Virus record (IMG/VR): IMGVR_UViG_3300032050_000002
Length of the DNA: 64,000 nt
Reading direction: 5' to 3' (one strand)
From: a virus
Lineage: Duplodnaviria; Caudoviricetes
In this document: positions 56,747-64,000 of the stretch, one piece after another
Layout of the letters: the number at the start of each line of letters is the position of its first letter
Position numbering within the stretch: the stretch's first letter is position 1
Position numbers and translations under genes: made by a program
Notes under the pieces: model-generated
What the model was told of the DNA's origin: nothing
Database searches by the model: none
Seen by the model: the letters and a program-made list of their open reading frames with translations, nothing else

Positions 56747-57370
56747 ATGAAAACAATAATAAAAACAATAACAATCGCATCAACTGTTTTGTTATCATCA
56801 ATCAGTTGTAGTTTTAAAACAAAACCAGAATCATTTAAAGATGGTGATATAATATTCCACACATCTAAGTCACAACAAAGTAAAATGTTAAAATCCGCTA
56901 CGGGTTCTAATTTAACTCACGTTGGTGTTATTTTTTATAAAAATGGGTTACCTTATGTAATTGAGGCGGTACAACCTGTTAAAGTTACTAGTTTAAACTC
57001 TTTCATTAACAGAGGTGAAAATGCTAAATACAAAGTAATGAGATATGAAACCGAATTAACTAATGAAGATAAAAATAAAATGATTTCTTGGGGTAAAAAA
57101 CAACTAGGTAAACCGTACGATATTAAATTCCAATGGGGAGATAATACGATGTATTGTTCAGAGTTAGTTTGGAAAATGTATAAAAATGCGGGTATTGAGT
57201 TGTGTGAAACTAAAAAATTTTCGGACTTTAATTTAACTAACGAAAAAGTAAGGCAAGCAATAAAAAGTAGATTTAAAAATAAAAATGAATTTAGTTTAAA
57301 TGAAGTAGTGGTTGCTCCTGTTGATATTTACAATAGTGATAAATTAAATTTAATCTATTCTAATTTTTAA
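56747..57370 (+). CDS. YiiX/YebB-like permuted papain (NlpC/P60) peptidase with lipoprotein-like signal
   Basis: GDIIF...THVGV...YVIEA...PYD...YCSELVW; start moved to ATG 56747. Confidence 0.85.
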   Translation: MKTIIKTITIASTVLLSSISCSFKTKPESFKDGDIIFHTSKSQQSKMLKSATGSNLTHVGVIFYKNGLPYVIEAVQPVKVTSLNSFINRGENAKYKVMRYETELTNEDKNKMISWGKKQLGKPYDIKFQWGDNTMYCSELVWKMYKNAGIELCETKKFSDFNLTNEKVRQAIKSRFKNKNEFSLNEVVVAPVDIYNSDKLNLIYSNF

Positions 57371-58461
57371 ACTGAGCCAGAATCAATACCAAATAACTTC
57401 ATTTCCCTTGTCATCATATTAGGAGTTGGGAAACATTTATCGGGTATATTGACTCCTGAAGCCTTAACAACCTCTAAAGCATATGTGCCGCAATTAGCGG
57501 CATCATTGCTAATACTAAAATCAAGAGCACTATAGTCTTTTTCTTTTACACTTTTCGCGTAACTAATACCTTGTGATATATTAGGAGCAACTGTTAACAC
57601 CCAATCCATAGGTAATCTAGGTCCTTCCCCTTCAGTTCTTGATTTAATAATTTTAACAACGTCCTCAATATTTAAAATATTTTCACCATCTATTTTTGCA
57701 ATTTTACCTAAATTTTTACTGACAACAGTACCAAATCCTTTAGTTTTTACACCAGCGTATCTACCAAATTCAAATATCTCAACATTACCATTTGAATTTA
57801 CCGTGGCAACTCCACCGTGACCTAATTTACCATATGTTTTATCATTTCTAAAAGGATTTTCACCTTTAAATAAATCGGTTACAACATCTTTACCCGAAAG
57901 AGATAAGATTTTAATTGCATATGCGGACATTATATCAAATTTTGAATTACCATCCACTTTTGGTTTATACGTTGGAAATGAAAATGTTATGACAAATCCT
58001 TTATCTGTTTTTATTGTTGGTCTTTCTAAAGTACCTTTGTTTTTAGATTTTAATAAACTATCATCTTTATTAACAACTCCAGAACTTTTTGTAGAACAAC
58101 TTCCTTCTTTTTGATATCTTAATAATGCTTTATTTGTGATATTACCAAATCTACCGTCATCACTACCTTTAGGTAAACAACCTAGTTGTATTAATTTACC
58201 TTGTAATATTTTAACATCATCTCTTGTTGATGGTTTTTTGTTTGTCCCATCCCCAAGTTTTAAATTTTTAGGATTAATATCCTCAATAGGTTTACTAACG
58301 TTAGTATCAACAGGTTTAGTTATTTTATTATCAACGCTTTTAGTGCTTGTTGATGGAAAATAAGGTAATTCCTCATTTAATAAATGTTTACTTATAGCGT
58401 TTTTGTGCATTTCAAGAATCCTACTTTTTTCAGATTCATCAATAAATAATTTGTTTTTCAT
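57367..58461 (-). CDS. Targeting motif + PG-binding domain + permuted papain-like C-terminal domain
   Basis: DVKILQGKLIQLG...DGRFG..T; C-terminal GHGG...FEFGRY...NCGTYA (His before Cys). Confidence 0.6.
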   Translation of the reverse strand: MKNKLFIDESEKSRILEMHKNAISKHLLNEELPYFPSTSTKSVDNKITKPVDTNVSKPIEDINPKNLKLGDGTNKKPSTRDDVKILQGKLIQLGCLPKGSDDGRFGNITNKALLRYQKEGSCSTKSSGVVNKDDSLLKSKNKGTLERPTIKTDKGFVITFSFPTYKPKVDGNSKFDIMSAYAIKILSLSGKDVVTDLFKGENPFRNDKTYGKLGHGGVATVNSNGNVEIFEFGRYAGVKTKGFGTVVSKNLGKIAKIDGENILNIEDVVKIIKSRTEGEGPRLPMDWVLTVAPNISQGISYAKSVKEKDYSALDFSISNDAANCGTYALEVVKASGVNIPDKCFPTPNMMTREMKLFGIDSGSV

Positions 58462-58509
58462 ACTAAATAAATATTTGGTAATTTGAGAATATTTTCATAA
58501 ATTTGTATT

Positions 58510-59007
58510 ATGAAAACAATAATAATCATAACATCAATTTTGACTATATACATAATCTCTAATTTTTTTTCATATGAAGAAATTTTTGTGGTTAATAGTA
58601 TTCCTCAAAACAATTTTAAAAATTTTAATTACAAGTCTCAAAATATTGACGAGTTAATTAATGAGTCTTTAGATATTACATTAAATGAGTTGTCTTTTGA
58701 CTTAAAAAGTCAATATAATTCTGATGTTAATAAATTAAACGAAACACATGTCGCCCATTGTATTGGGTATTCTAATTATTTTAATTCTGTTTTACATAAA
58801 TTAGTAGTTAATAATAATTTAAAAAATATTAAAATAACTCACGTTAGGGCTAAAGTTAAATTTTTAGGTGCGAATCTTCATGTTATAAACATGAAAGAAT
58901 TTAAAGACCATGATATTTGTGTAGTATACGACAACAATACGAATAAAAAATATATTATTGACCCAAGTCTTTCTGAAGTTTTTGGTAAAATAATTATTAA
59001 ACAGTAA
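58510..59007 (+). CDS. Transglutaminase-like protein
   Basis: AHCIGYS (Cys) ... DHD (His/Asp) ... YIIDPS; promoter at 58474/58498. Confidence 0.55.
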   Translation: MKTIIIITSILTIYIISNFFSYEEIFVVNSIPQNNFKNFNYKSQNIDELINESLDITLNELSFDLKSQYNSDVNKLNETHVAHCIGYSNYFNSVLHKLVVNNNLKNIKITHVRAKVKFLGANLHVINMKEFKDHDICVVYDNNTNKKYIIDPSLSEVFGKIIIKQ

Positions 59008-60016
59008 TATTAACCGGAAATCCTTTATATTCACCAGTCTCTCTAAAAGCCACTGTATTTCTAATAACACTATAAAGTGTAGATTTGCCATTCCACCAAC
59101 TACCAACTTGGTCAACAAAACTCTTCATAAGGTCTTCTTTAGTTTTGCCTTCAGTATTAAAATCATATGTATCTAAAACAGTAACTTTTGATTTGTCGGG
59201 AGATACTCTGATATTCGGAGGGTCTATTCGTCCAAGAGTATACATAAATTGACCTGCTAATTCAGGTTTAAGTAAACTTCCTTGACCTCCTTTATCTAAA
59301 AGTTTTTTGTTTTCTTTTTCAGACCCGGCTACAGTCATTGATGTTGGTAAATTACCAGCACCAATCTCTTTCCATAAAGGATAGTTTAATCCTCTTTTGG
59401 CGTTTGCGATTGCAACCTTTTTTAGAAATATTTGTTCATCAGCGGTTAAATCTTTAGCGGTAAATGGCTCCGTTCTTCCGACCAAATAATCCATTAAAGC
59501 TCTTATGTGTAAAGGTAATGAAGATTTTTTTGATTGGGGTATGTTATTAATAAATGTTTTCATTTCTAGATATTTATCAATATTTCCACCATATAAATTT
59601 CTTTCAAATTCACCCCCTCTACCTAAATAATCACTGGATAATGGTTTATTAGTGTAATGTAAATCATTAGTTGTATTATCATTTTGAGTTTTAATTCCTA
59701 CCGATTTACAACTTCCTTCTTTTTGATATCTTAATAATGCTTTATTTGTGATATTACCAAATCTACCGTCATCACTACCTTTAGGTAAACAACCTAGTTG
59801 TATTAATTTACCTTGTAATATTTTAACATCAGCGTTTAATGATGGATTTTTTGAGGTTCCGTCGCCAAGTTTTAATTTTTTGGGGTTTATATTTATATTC
59901 TTGTTATTTGGAACATAAAGTGATTCCTCATTTAATAAATGTTTACTTATAGCGTTTTTGTGCATTTCAAGAATCCTACTTTTTTCAGATTCATCAATAA
60001 ATAATTTGTTTTTCAT
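58997..60016 (-). CDS. Targeting motif + PG-binding domain + unknown C-terminal domain
   Basis: N-terminal modules identical to 57367-58461, unrelated C-terminus. Confidence 0.7.
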   Translation of the reverse strand: MKNKLFIDESEKSRILEMHKNAISKHLLNEESLYVPNNKNININPKKLKLGDGTSKNPSLNADVKILQGKLIQLGCLPKGSDDGRFGNITNKALLRYQKEGSCKSVGIKTQNDNTTNDLHYTNKPLSSDYLGRGGEFERNLYGGNIDKYLEMKTFINNIPQSKKSSLPLHIRALMDYLVGRTEPFTAKDLTADEQIFLKKVAIANAKRGLNYPLWKEIGAGNLPTSMTVAGSEKENKKLLDKGGQGSLLKPELAGQFMYTLGRIDPPNIRVSPDKSKVTVLDTYDFNTEGKTKEDLMKSFVDQVGSWWNGKSTLYSVIRNTVAFRETGEYKGFPVNITV

Positions 60017-60079
60017 ACTAAATAAATATTTGTTTTAATCATAAATATTTACTATCTTTGTAAAATAAATCTAATAAAT

Positions 60080-60418
60080 ATGGCAACAAGAGCGTCAATA
60101 GTAATGAAAGAAGAAGGTAAACCAATGTTAGCGGTTTACAAACATTGGGATGGTTATCCTTCAGGACTTGGTAAAAGTTTGGAAGAAATTGTTATGGGGG
60201 GACAGATAACCAATGGTTTGGGTATTAACTCAGAATTAGGTAAAGTGTTTAACGGAGCGGGTTGTTTATTCGCATCAATAATATCAATTTTGAAAGATAA
60301 ACCTGGTGATGTATATATCACAAGTTTAGATAGTGTAGGTAATTCAGGTGAAGAATATATTTATGAGATTGACGTGAACGGAAAAGACGTTCAATTAACT
60401 CATAAAGAAAACAGATAA
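60080..60418 (+). CDS. Conserved-looking phage protein (YKHWDGYP motif)
   Basis: MATRA...VYKHWDGYPSGLG; TATCTTTG at 60053. Confidence 0.7.
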   Translation: MATRASIVMKEEGKPMLAVYKHWDGYPSGLGKSLEEIVMGGQITNGLGINSELGKVFNGAGCLFASIISILKDKPGDVYITSLDSVGNSGEEYIYEIDVNGKDVQLTHKENR

Positions 60419-60879
60419 TGGATGTAAATAAAGAAATAGAAAGAAAATTCTTACTTAGAAGATTCCCAAAGATTGAAGGTGATTATACACGATACAAGAT
60501 TAAACAGTGGTACACTCCTGACGGATTAAGATATCGATTTCAAGTCGATACAAAAACAAATGATGTATTGATTTATAAGACAAAAAAATCCAACATATCT
60601 AAGGGGGTCTTTCAAGAAGATGAAGAACCTATTTCTTTAAAAGAGTTTTTGGAGATTGATTTATCAAAGGTGAGAATATTAGAAAAAATAAGAACGGTAG
60701 TAAAACATAAAGGGTTTGATTTTGAAATAGACGAATTTAAAGATTATGATTTAATAACATTAGAGGTTGAACTTGATGATATTAATGAGAAAATACCGTT
60801 CCCTGAAAATATTAAAAAAGAAATTGTAAAAGAATTGACCGGATTAAAAGAATTTAGTAATTTTGCATTATCAAAATGA
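60418..60879 (+). CDS. CYTH (triphosphate tunnel) domain protein
   Basis: EIERKFLL...LEKIR...FEIDEF...EVE. Confidence 0.85.
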   Translation: MDVNKEIERKFLLRRFPKIEGDYTRYKIKQWYTPDGLRYRFQVDTKTNDVLIYKTKKSNISKGVFQEDEEPISLKEFLEIDLSKVRILEKIRTVVKHKGFDFEIDEFKDYDLITLEVELDDINEKIPFPENIKKEIVKELTGLKEFSNFALSK

Positions 60880-61547
60880 TACGAATAGAGCCAGATAGAA
60901 AAGGTAGATTTCCTGATGTGTGGGTAACATCTGATACTCATTATCATCATAGAAATATCTGTAGGGGAGTTACAGGATGGAGACTACCTGACGGCTCAAT
61001 TCCTATCGACCAAACAAGAGACTTTCCAACTATTGAAAAAATGAATTCTATAATTGTTGACAATATCAATAGTGTTGTAAAACAACAAGATATTCTAATA
61101 CATTTGGGGGATTGGTCTTTTGGAGGTTTTGATAAAGTAAGAGAATTTTATGATAGACTTGTTTGTAAAAACATACATTTGGTTTTAGGAAACCACGATG
61201 AACATATTGAGAATAATAAAGATAGTATTCAGGAGTTATTTCTGACGGTGTCAACTTATCAAACCCTTGTTATCGGAAGCAAGAAGTTTGTTCTAATGCA
61301 CTATCCGATAAGCTCTTGGAACGGGTTGAATAAAGGGGTGATGCACCTTCACGGTCATACTCACTTACCTACCGAAATCCGATTCGGGAAAGGAAGGAGA
61401 ATTGATGTCGGCATTGATGGTCATCCCTCGTTCAGACCTTATCACATCTTAAAAGAAATATTCCCTATGTTAGATAGGAGAGAAATTATGTCAGATATGT
61501 TAAACGACCATCATACAGATGATATTGTAAATAAAGACAATGGATGA
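60876..61547 (+). CDS. Calcineurin-like phosphoesterase
   Basis: SDTH, HLGD, GNHD, HYP, HGHTH. Confidence 0.9.
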   Translation: MIRIEPDRKGRFPDVWVTSDTHYHHRNICRGVTGWRLPDGSIPIDQTRDFPTIEKMNSIIVDNINSVVKQQDILIHLGDWSFGGFDKVREFYDRLVCKNIHLVLGNHDEHIENNKDSIQELFLTVSTYQTLVIGSKKFVLMHYPISSWNGLNKGVMHLHGHTHLPTEIRFGKGRRIDVGIDGHPSFRPYHILKEIFPMLDRREIMSDMLNDHHTDDIVNKDNG

Positions 61548-61776
61548 GATTAGTTTAGAGGTTTATCCTGAGATATGTTGTGATTTGTGTAACGATGTTA
61601 TTCACAACCATATTGATTGTCCGGTATGTAATCAAAAATACGCTCCAACCGAAAGTTATTTTGACTTAACTTATGATGACGAATTAACATGCTCAAATTG
61701 TAAAACAGTTTTTGAGAGAGTATCTGAGAATTGGTATTATGATTGTAAGGTAAAAATAAAATTAACAATTCCTTAA
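61540..61776 (+). CDS. Small Cys-rich zinc-binding protein
   Basis: CDLC, CPVC, CSNC motifs. Confidence 0.65.
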   Translation: MDEISLEVYPEICCDLCNDVIHNHIDCPVCNQKYAPTESYFDLTYDDELTCSNCKTVFERVSENWYYDCKVKIKLTIP

Positions 61777-61818
61777 CATAAATAATTGACATATTGAAAA
61801 ACTCAATTATATTTATGA

Positions 61819-61927
61819 TTGTTGACTTCGTGGGTTTTAAGTGGAAGTCACCCAATAAAAGATAGATACAGAAATGGGACTATCAACAAATTACCCTTTG
61901 ACACCTACCTAAACGGTAGGTTTTTTT
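61819..61927 (+). ncRNA. Candidate small RNA with pseudoknot, flanked by a promoter-like site and a terminator
   Basis: TTGTT/AACAA, GACTTC/GAAGTC, loop TGGGT pairing with ACCCA, GATAG/CTATC; terminator ACCTACC/GGTAGGT-T7. Confidence 0.5.
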
Positions 61928-61974
61928 ATTTAAAAAAATTTGGTAAATTCAAAAAAAGTTCGTATCTTTGTATT

Positions 61975-63039
61975 ATGTTAGAGACTCTAAATAGATACTT
62001 TGAAGACGGACTTCTGTATAAACAGACTCACCCTACTCTTCCTTTAACTATATGGAATTACACCGAGAAAGTTCAATACGAGAACTTATGGGATGAAATA
62101 ACCATACAGACCAGAGGTTTGGTAACTGATGATAAGGGAAATATAGTTGCTAGACCTTTTAAAAAGTTTTTCAATTTAGAGGAAAAAAAACATACCGCAA
62201 CCCCTTACTTTGAAGTTTTCGATAAAATGGATGGTTCATTGGGGATATTGTTTAATTATGAGGGAGAATGGATAATGGCAACCAGAGGTTCATTCACCTC
62301 AGACCAAGCGGTTAAAGGATTTGAGTTACTTCAAAAATACGACTATAAAAGATTGGTTAAAGGTTTTACCTACCTATTTGAGATAATATACCCTGAGAAC
62401 AGAATAGTTGTTAATTATGGTTATGAGGATTTAATATTGTTATCTGTAATAGATAATAAAGATGGTTATGAATTAAAGATATTTGATGATTCTATCCATA
62501 TAGAAGGTATAAGATTAAGAAACCTATATAACAATTTAGGGTTTAAATTGGTTAAAAAATACGATGGTATAAAAGACTATAACACCTTAAAAAATATGGT
62601 TAAAGACAATGAAGAAGGTTTTGTGGTTAGGTTTTCAAATGGGGAAAGGGTCAAAATAAAAGGTGAAGAATATATAAGACTTCACAAAATAATGACCAAT
62701 GTATCAACCACCGGTATATGGGAAATATTAAGTACCGGTGGAAACTTTGAGGAAATACTTAAAGATGTTCCTGATGAGTTCTACAATAAAATAAAGGACT
62801 ACGAAAAAGAGTTGAGGTATCAATACTTTTCAATATCAGAATACTGCGGTAAATTACATGACGGATTTAGATATGGTAAATACGGTGATAAAGAAGAACC
62901 CACCAAAAAGGAATACGCTGAATTTGTTATGAAAAACGTAAAACCCGAATTCAGACCTATAATGTTTTTTATGTGGGATAAAAAGAATTATGACCAGATA
63001 ATATGGAAACTCATAAGACCCGAATTTAAAAAACTATAA
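61975..63039 (+). CDS. RNA ligase, T4 Rnl1-like
   Basis: ARPFKKFFN, KMDGS (motif I), FEII, EGFV, VKIK; start moved to ATG 61975 behind promoter 61939/61963. Confidence 0.9.
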   Translation: MLETLNRYFEDGLLYKQTHPTLPLTIWNYTEKVQYENLWDEITIQTRGLVTDDKGNIVARPFKKFFNLEEKKHTATPYFEVFDKMDGSLGILFNYEGEWIMATRGSFTSDQAVKGFELLQKYDYKRLVKGFTYLFEIIYPENRIVVNYGYEDLILLSVIDNKDGYELKIFDDSIHIEGIRLRNLYNNLGFKLVKKYDGIKDYNTLKNMVKDNEEGFVVRFSNGERVKIKGEEYIRLHKIMTNVSTTGIWEILSTGGNFEEILKDVPDEFYNKIKDYEKELRYQYFSISEYCGKLHDGFRYGKYGDKEEPTKKEYAEFVMKNVKPEFRPIMFFMWDKKNYDQIIWKLIRPEFKKL

Positions 63040-64000
63040 TTAAAAGAATGGACAAGCGTCAACTGATGTTGATTTTTTTCTTGGATTTTTTGTTGTTTCT
63101 AAATTAATAAAAATTTTAGGTAATTTAATTTTTAAACCTTTTTTTGCTCTTTTTACAAAATTTATTTTGTATTTTGTTGATTTAATTTCTGTTAACTCAG
63201 GTTGTTCATTAGGGTCAGTTTGTTCTTCTTGTGCCGGAACATTAAATATAACATCTAAATCAACGTCCAATTTTTTGTATTGTTCGTAGTTAGGTCTATC
63301 TTCATTTTTTCCAGTCCATTTAGGTCCTGATGTTCCATTTTTGTTTTCACCTAAAAAATTTGTAGTTACTTTGGTAGTTTGATTAACTAAAACACCTAGT
63401 TTAGTTAATTCACTTATGATATAATCTTTTGCGGTTTTATTTCTTAAACTAGATAATTGTTGAAATGTATATTTTTTACCATCAGGAGAAACCCCATTTG
63501 GTAGTGTAGAACAAGAAGTCTCAACATTTATTGATTGTAAAAATGCCTTTGGTTTACCTTCTTGAGGTTCAGGTATGGATTTCAATTTTTCTTGTATTGG
63601 GTCTAAAATATCGGTTTTAACCGCTTGTATAAATTCGTCAGTTACCTCATAATAATTGTCCTTAAAAAATTTAGTACTTGGACTAAGGTTGGCAGGAAAT
63701 ACAAAAGGAACTACCGGAAATTTTGGAGTAACTGGAATCACCGACTCTTTTGGTTGTACTGTGGTGGATGTTGACATTAATACAGTTACAAGGTCCCATT
63801 TTTTTTCAGGGTAAGTTGCATTAAATTGTTCTAATGCCGCAACAGCGTGTCCTTTTTCATTTGGGTCTGCTTTGAATTTTTCCCAAACTTTTTTTGATTG
63901 GGAGTTCATAAGTCCGACCATTGTTGACTCACTATCTTTTAAATATTTATCCCAATCTTGTTGAGGTGTTAAAATCTTATAGTTAGTATCTTGAGTATCA
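63040..64000 (-). CDS. Hypothetical protein truncated by the window edge; C-terminal region weakly OmpA-like
   Basis: Frame stays open upstream of ATG 63921 to the window end; LSSLRNKTAKDY...EQYKKLDV. Confidence 0.6.
   Translation of the reverse strand, partial: DTQDTNYKILTPQQDWDKYLKDSESTMVGLMNSQSKKVWEKFKADPNEKGHAVAALEQFNATYPEKKWDLVTVLMSTSTTVQPKESVIPVTPKFPVVPFVFPANLSPSTKFFKDNYYEVTDEFIQAVKTDILDPIQEKLKSIPEPQEGKPKAFLQSINVETSCSTLPNGVSPDGKKYTFQQLSSLRNKTAKDYIISELTKLGVLVNQTTKVTTNFLGENKNGTSGPKWTGKNEDRPNYEQYKKLDVDLDVIFNVPAQEEQTDPNEQPELTEIKSTKYKINFVKRAKKGLKIKLPKIFINLETTKNPRKKSTSVDACPFF

Larger units (their letters stand above)
53508..56753 (+). repeat. 50-bp exact repeat of a promoter/start cassette (53508-53557 and 56704-56753)
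   Basis: AAAAAAATTTGGCAGATTAAAAAACATTTTGTATCTTTGTATTATGAAAA; encodes KNLAD* of both upstream genes. Confidence 0.85.
58096..60032 (-). repeat. Two identical blocks shared by paralogs: 124 bp (58096-58219 = 59708-59831) and 110 bp (58368-58477 = 59923-60032)
   Basis: Direct sequence comparison. Confidence 0.9.

Noticed and set aside
3371-61855. Other short antisense ORFs in the track (e.g. 3371-, 5377-, 5757-, 8202-, 14115-, 15423-, 16590-, 18000-, 34564-, 35611-, 38332-, 43601-, 45123-, 54124-, 58136+, 61598-)
   Set aside because: They overlap better-supported genes on the opposite strand and lack promoters or recognisable motifs.
720-61974. N-terminal extensions ending ...YLC(I/G/R/S)M in the ORF track (720, 29406, 40439, 49528, 51113, 53536, 56732, 61819)
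   Set aside because: YLCIM is just the translation of the promoter TATCTTTGTATTATG; the real starts are the downstream ATGs.
1-64000. Stop-codon reassignment as seen in some large phages
   Set aside because: Known genes (dnaK, ligase, GH19, kinase) are full length in the standard code, and TAA, TAG and TGA all end genes with tight packing.
1-64000. Cellular chromosome or eukaryotic giant virus origin
   Set aside because: No housekeeping operons; dense short hypothetical genes, phage-type thyA, HNH, RNA ligase and lysins with bacterial promoters and terminators fit a bacteriophage. No capsid or terminase gene is in this window, so this remains an inference.

Overview
Very AT-rich, gene-dense window that reads as part of a large (jumbo/huge) tailed phage genome infecting a Bacteroidota host. 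Host evidence: about 15 Bacteroidota sigma-A promoters (TTTG-N19-20-TAnnTTTG), a T9SS-tailed SprB/PKD adhesin, DUF4294- and DUF2452-like genes, and a DnaK ending DVEFEEVK. No core structural or replication genes are visible; this is accessory genome. It holds many hypothetical ORFs sharing an N-terminal KxIx(I/L)(T/S)E motif behind a TATTTAT(A) motif, a thyA split in two by a MobE-like HNH endonuclease plus cargo ORFs, a GH19 lysin, a PAS-kinase/receiver pair, DnaK, an FKBP, a GMP reductase/IMPDH-family gene, glycosyltransferases, papain-fold peptidases, RNA-repair enzymes, tRNA-Cys and a damaged tRNA-Glu. The strongest unexplained signals are: (1) an 80-nt structured element carrying two swapped-order blocks matching 23S rRNA H69-H70 (19/20 and 12/13 nt), next to a 44-aa basic peptide; (2) an in-frame CRISPR-like array of 36-bp repeats and 30-bp spacers inside a protein gene; (3) a tRNA-like RNA behind an RMF-like micro-ORF; (4) a hairpin displaying a sequence complementary to the 16S 3' end; (5) two further candidate structured RNAs. 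All family calls come from motif recognition by eye; no database searches or folding programs were run.
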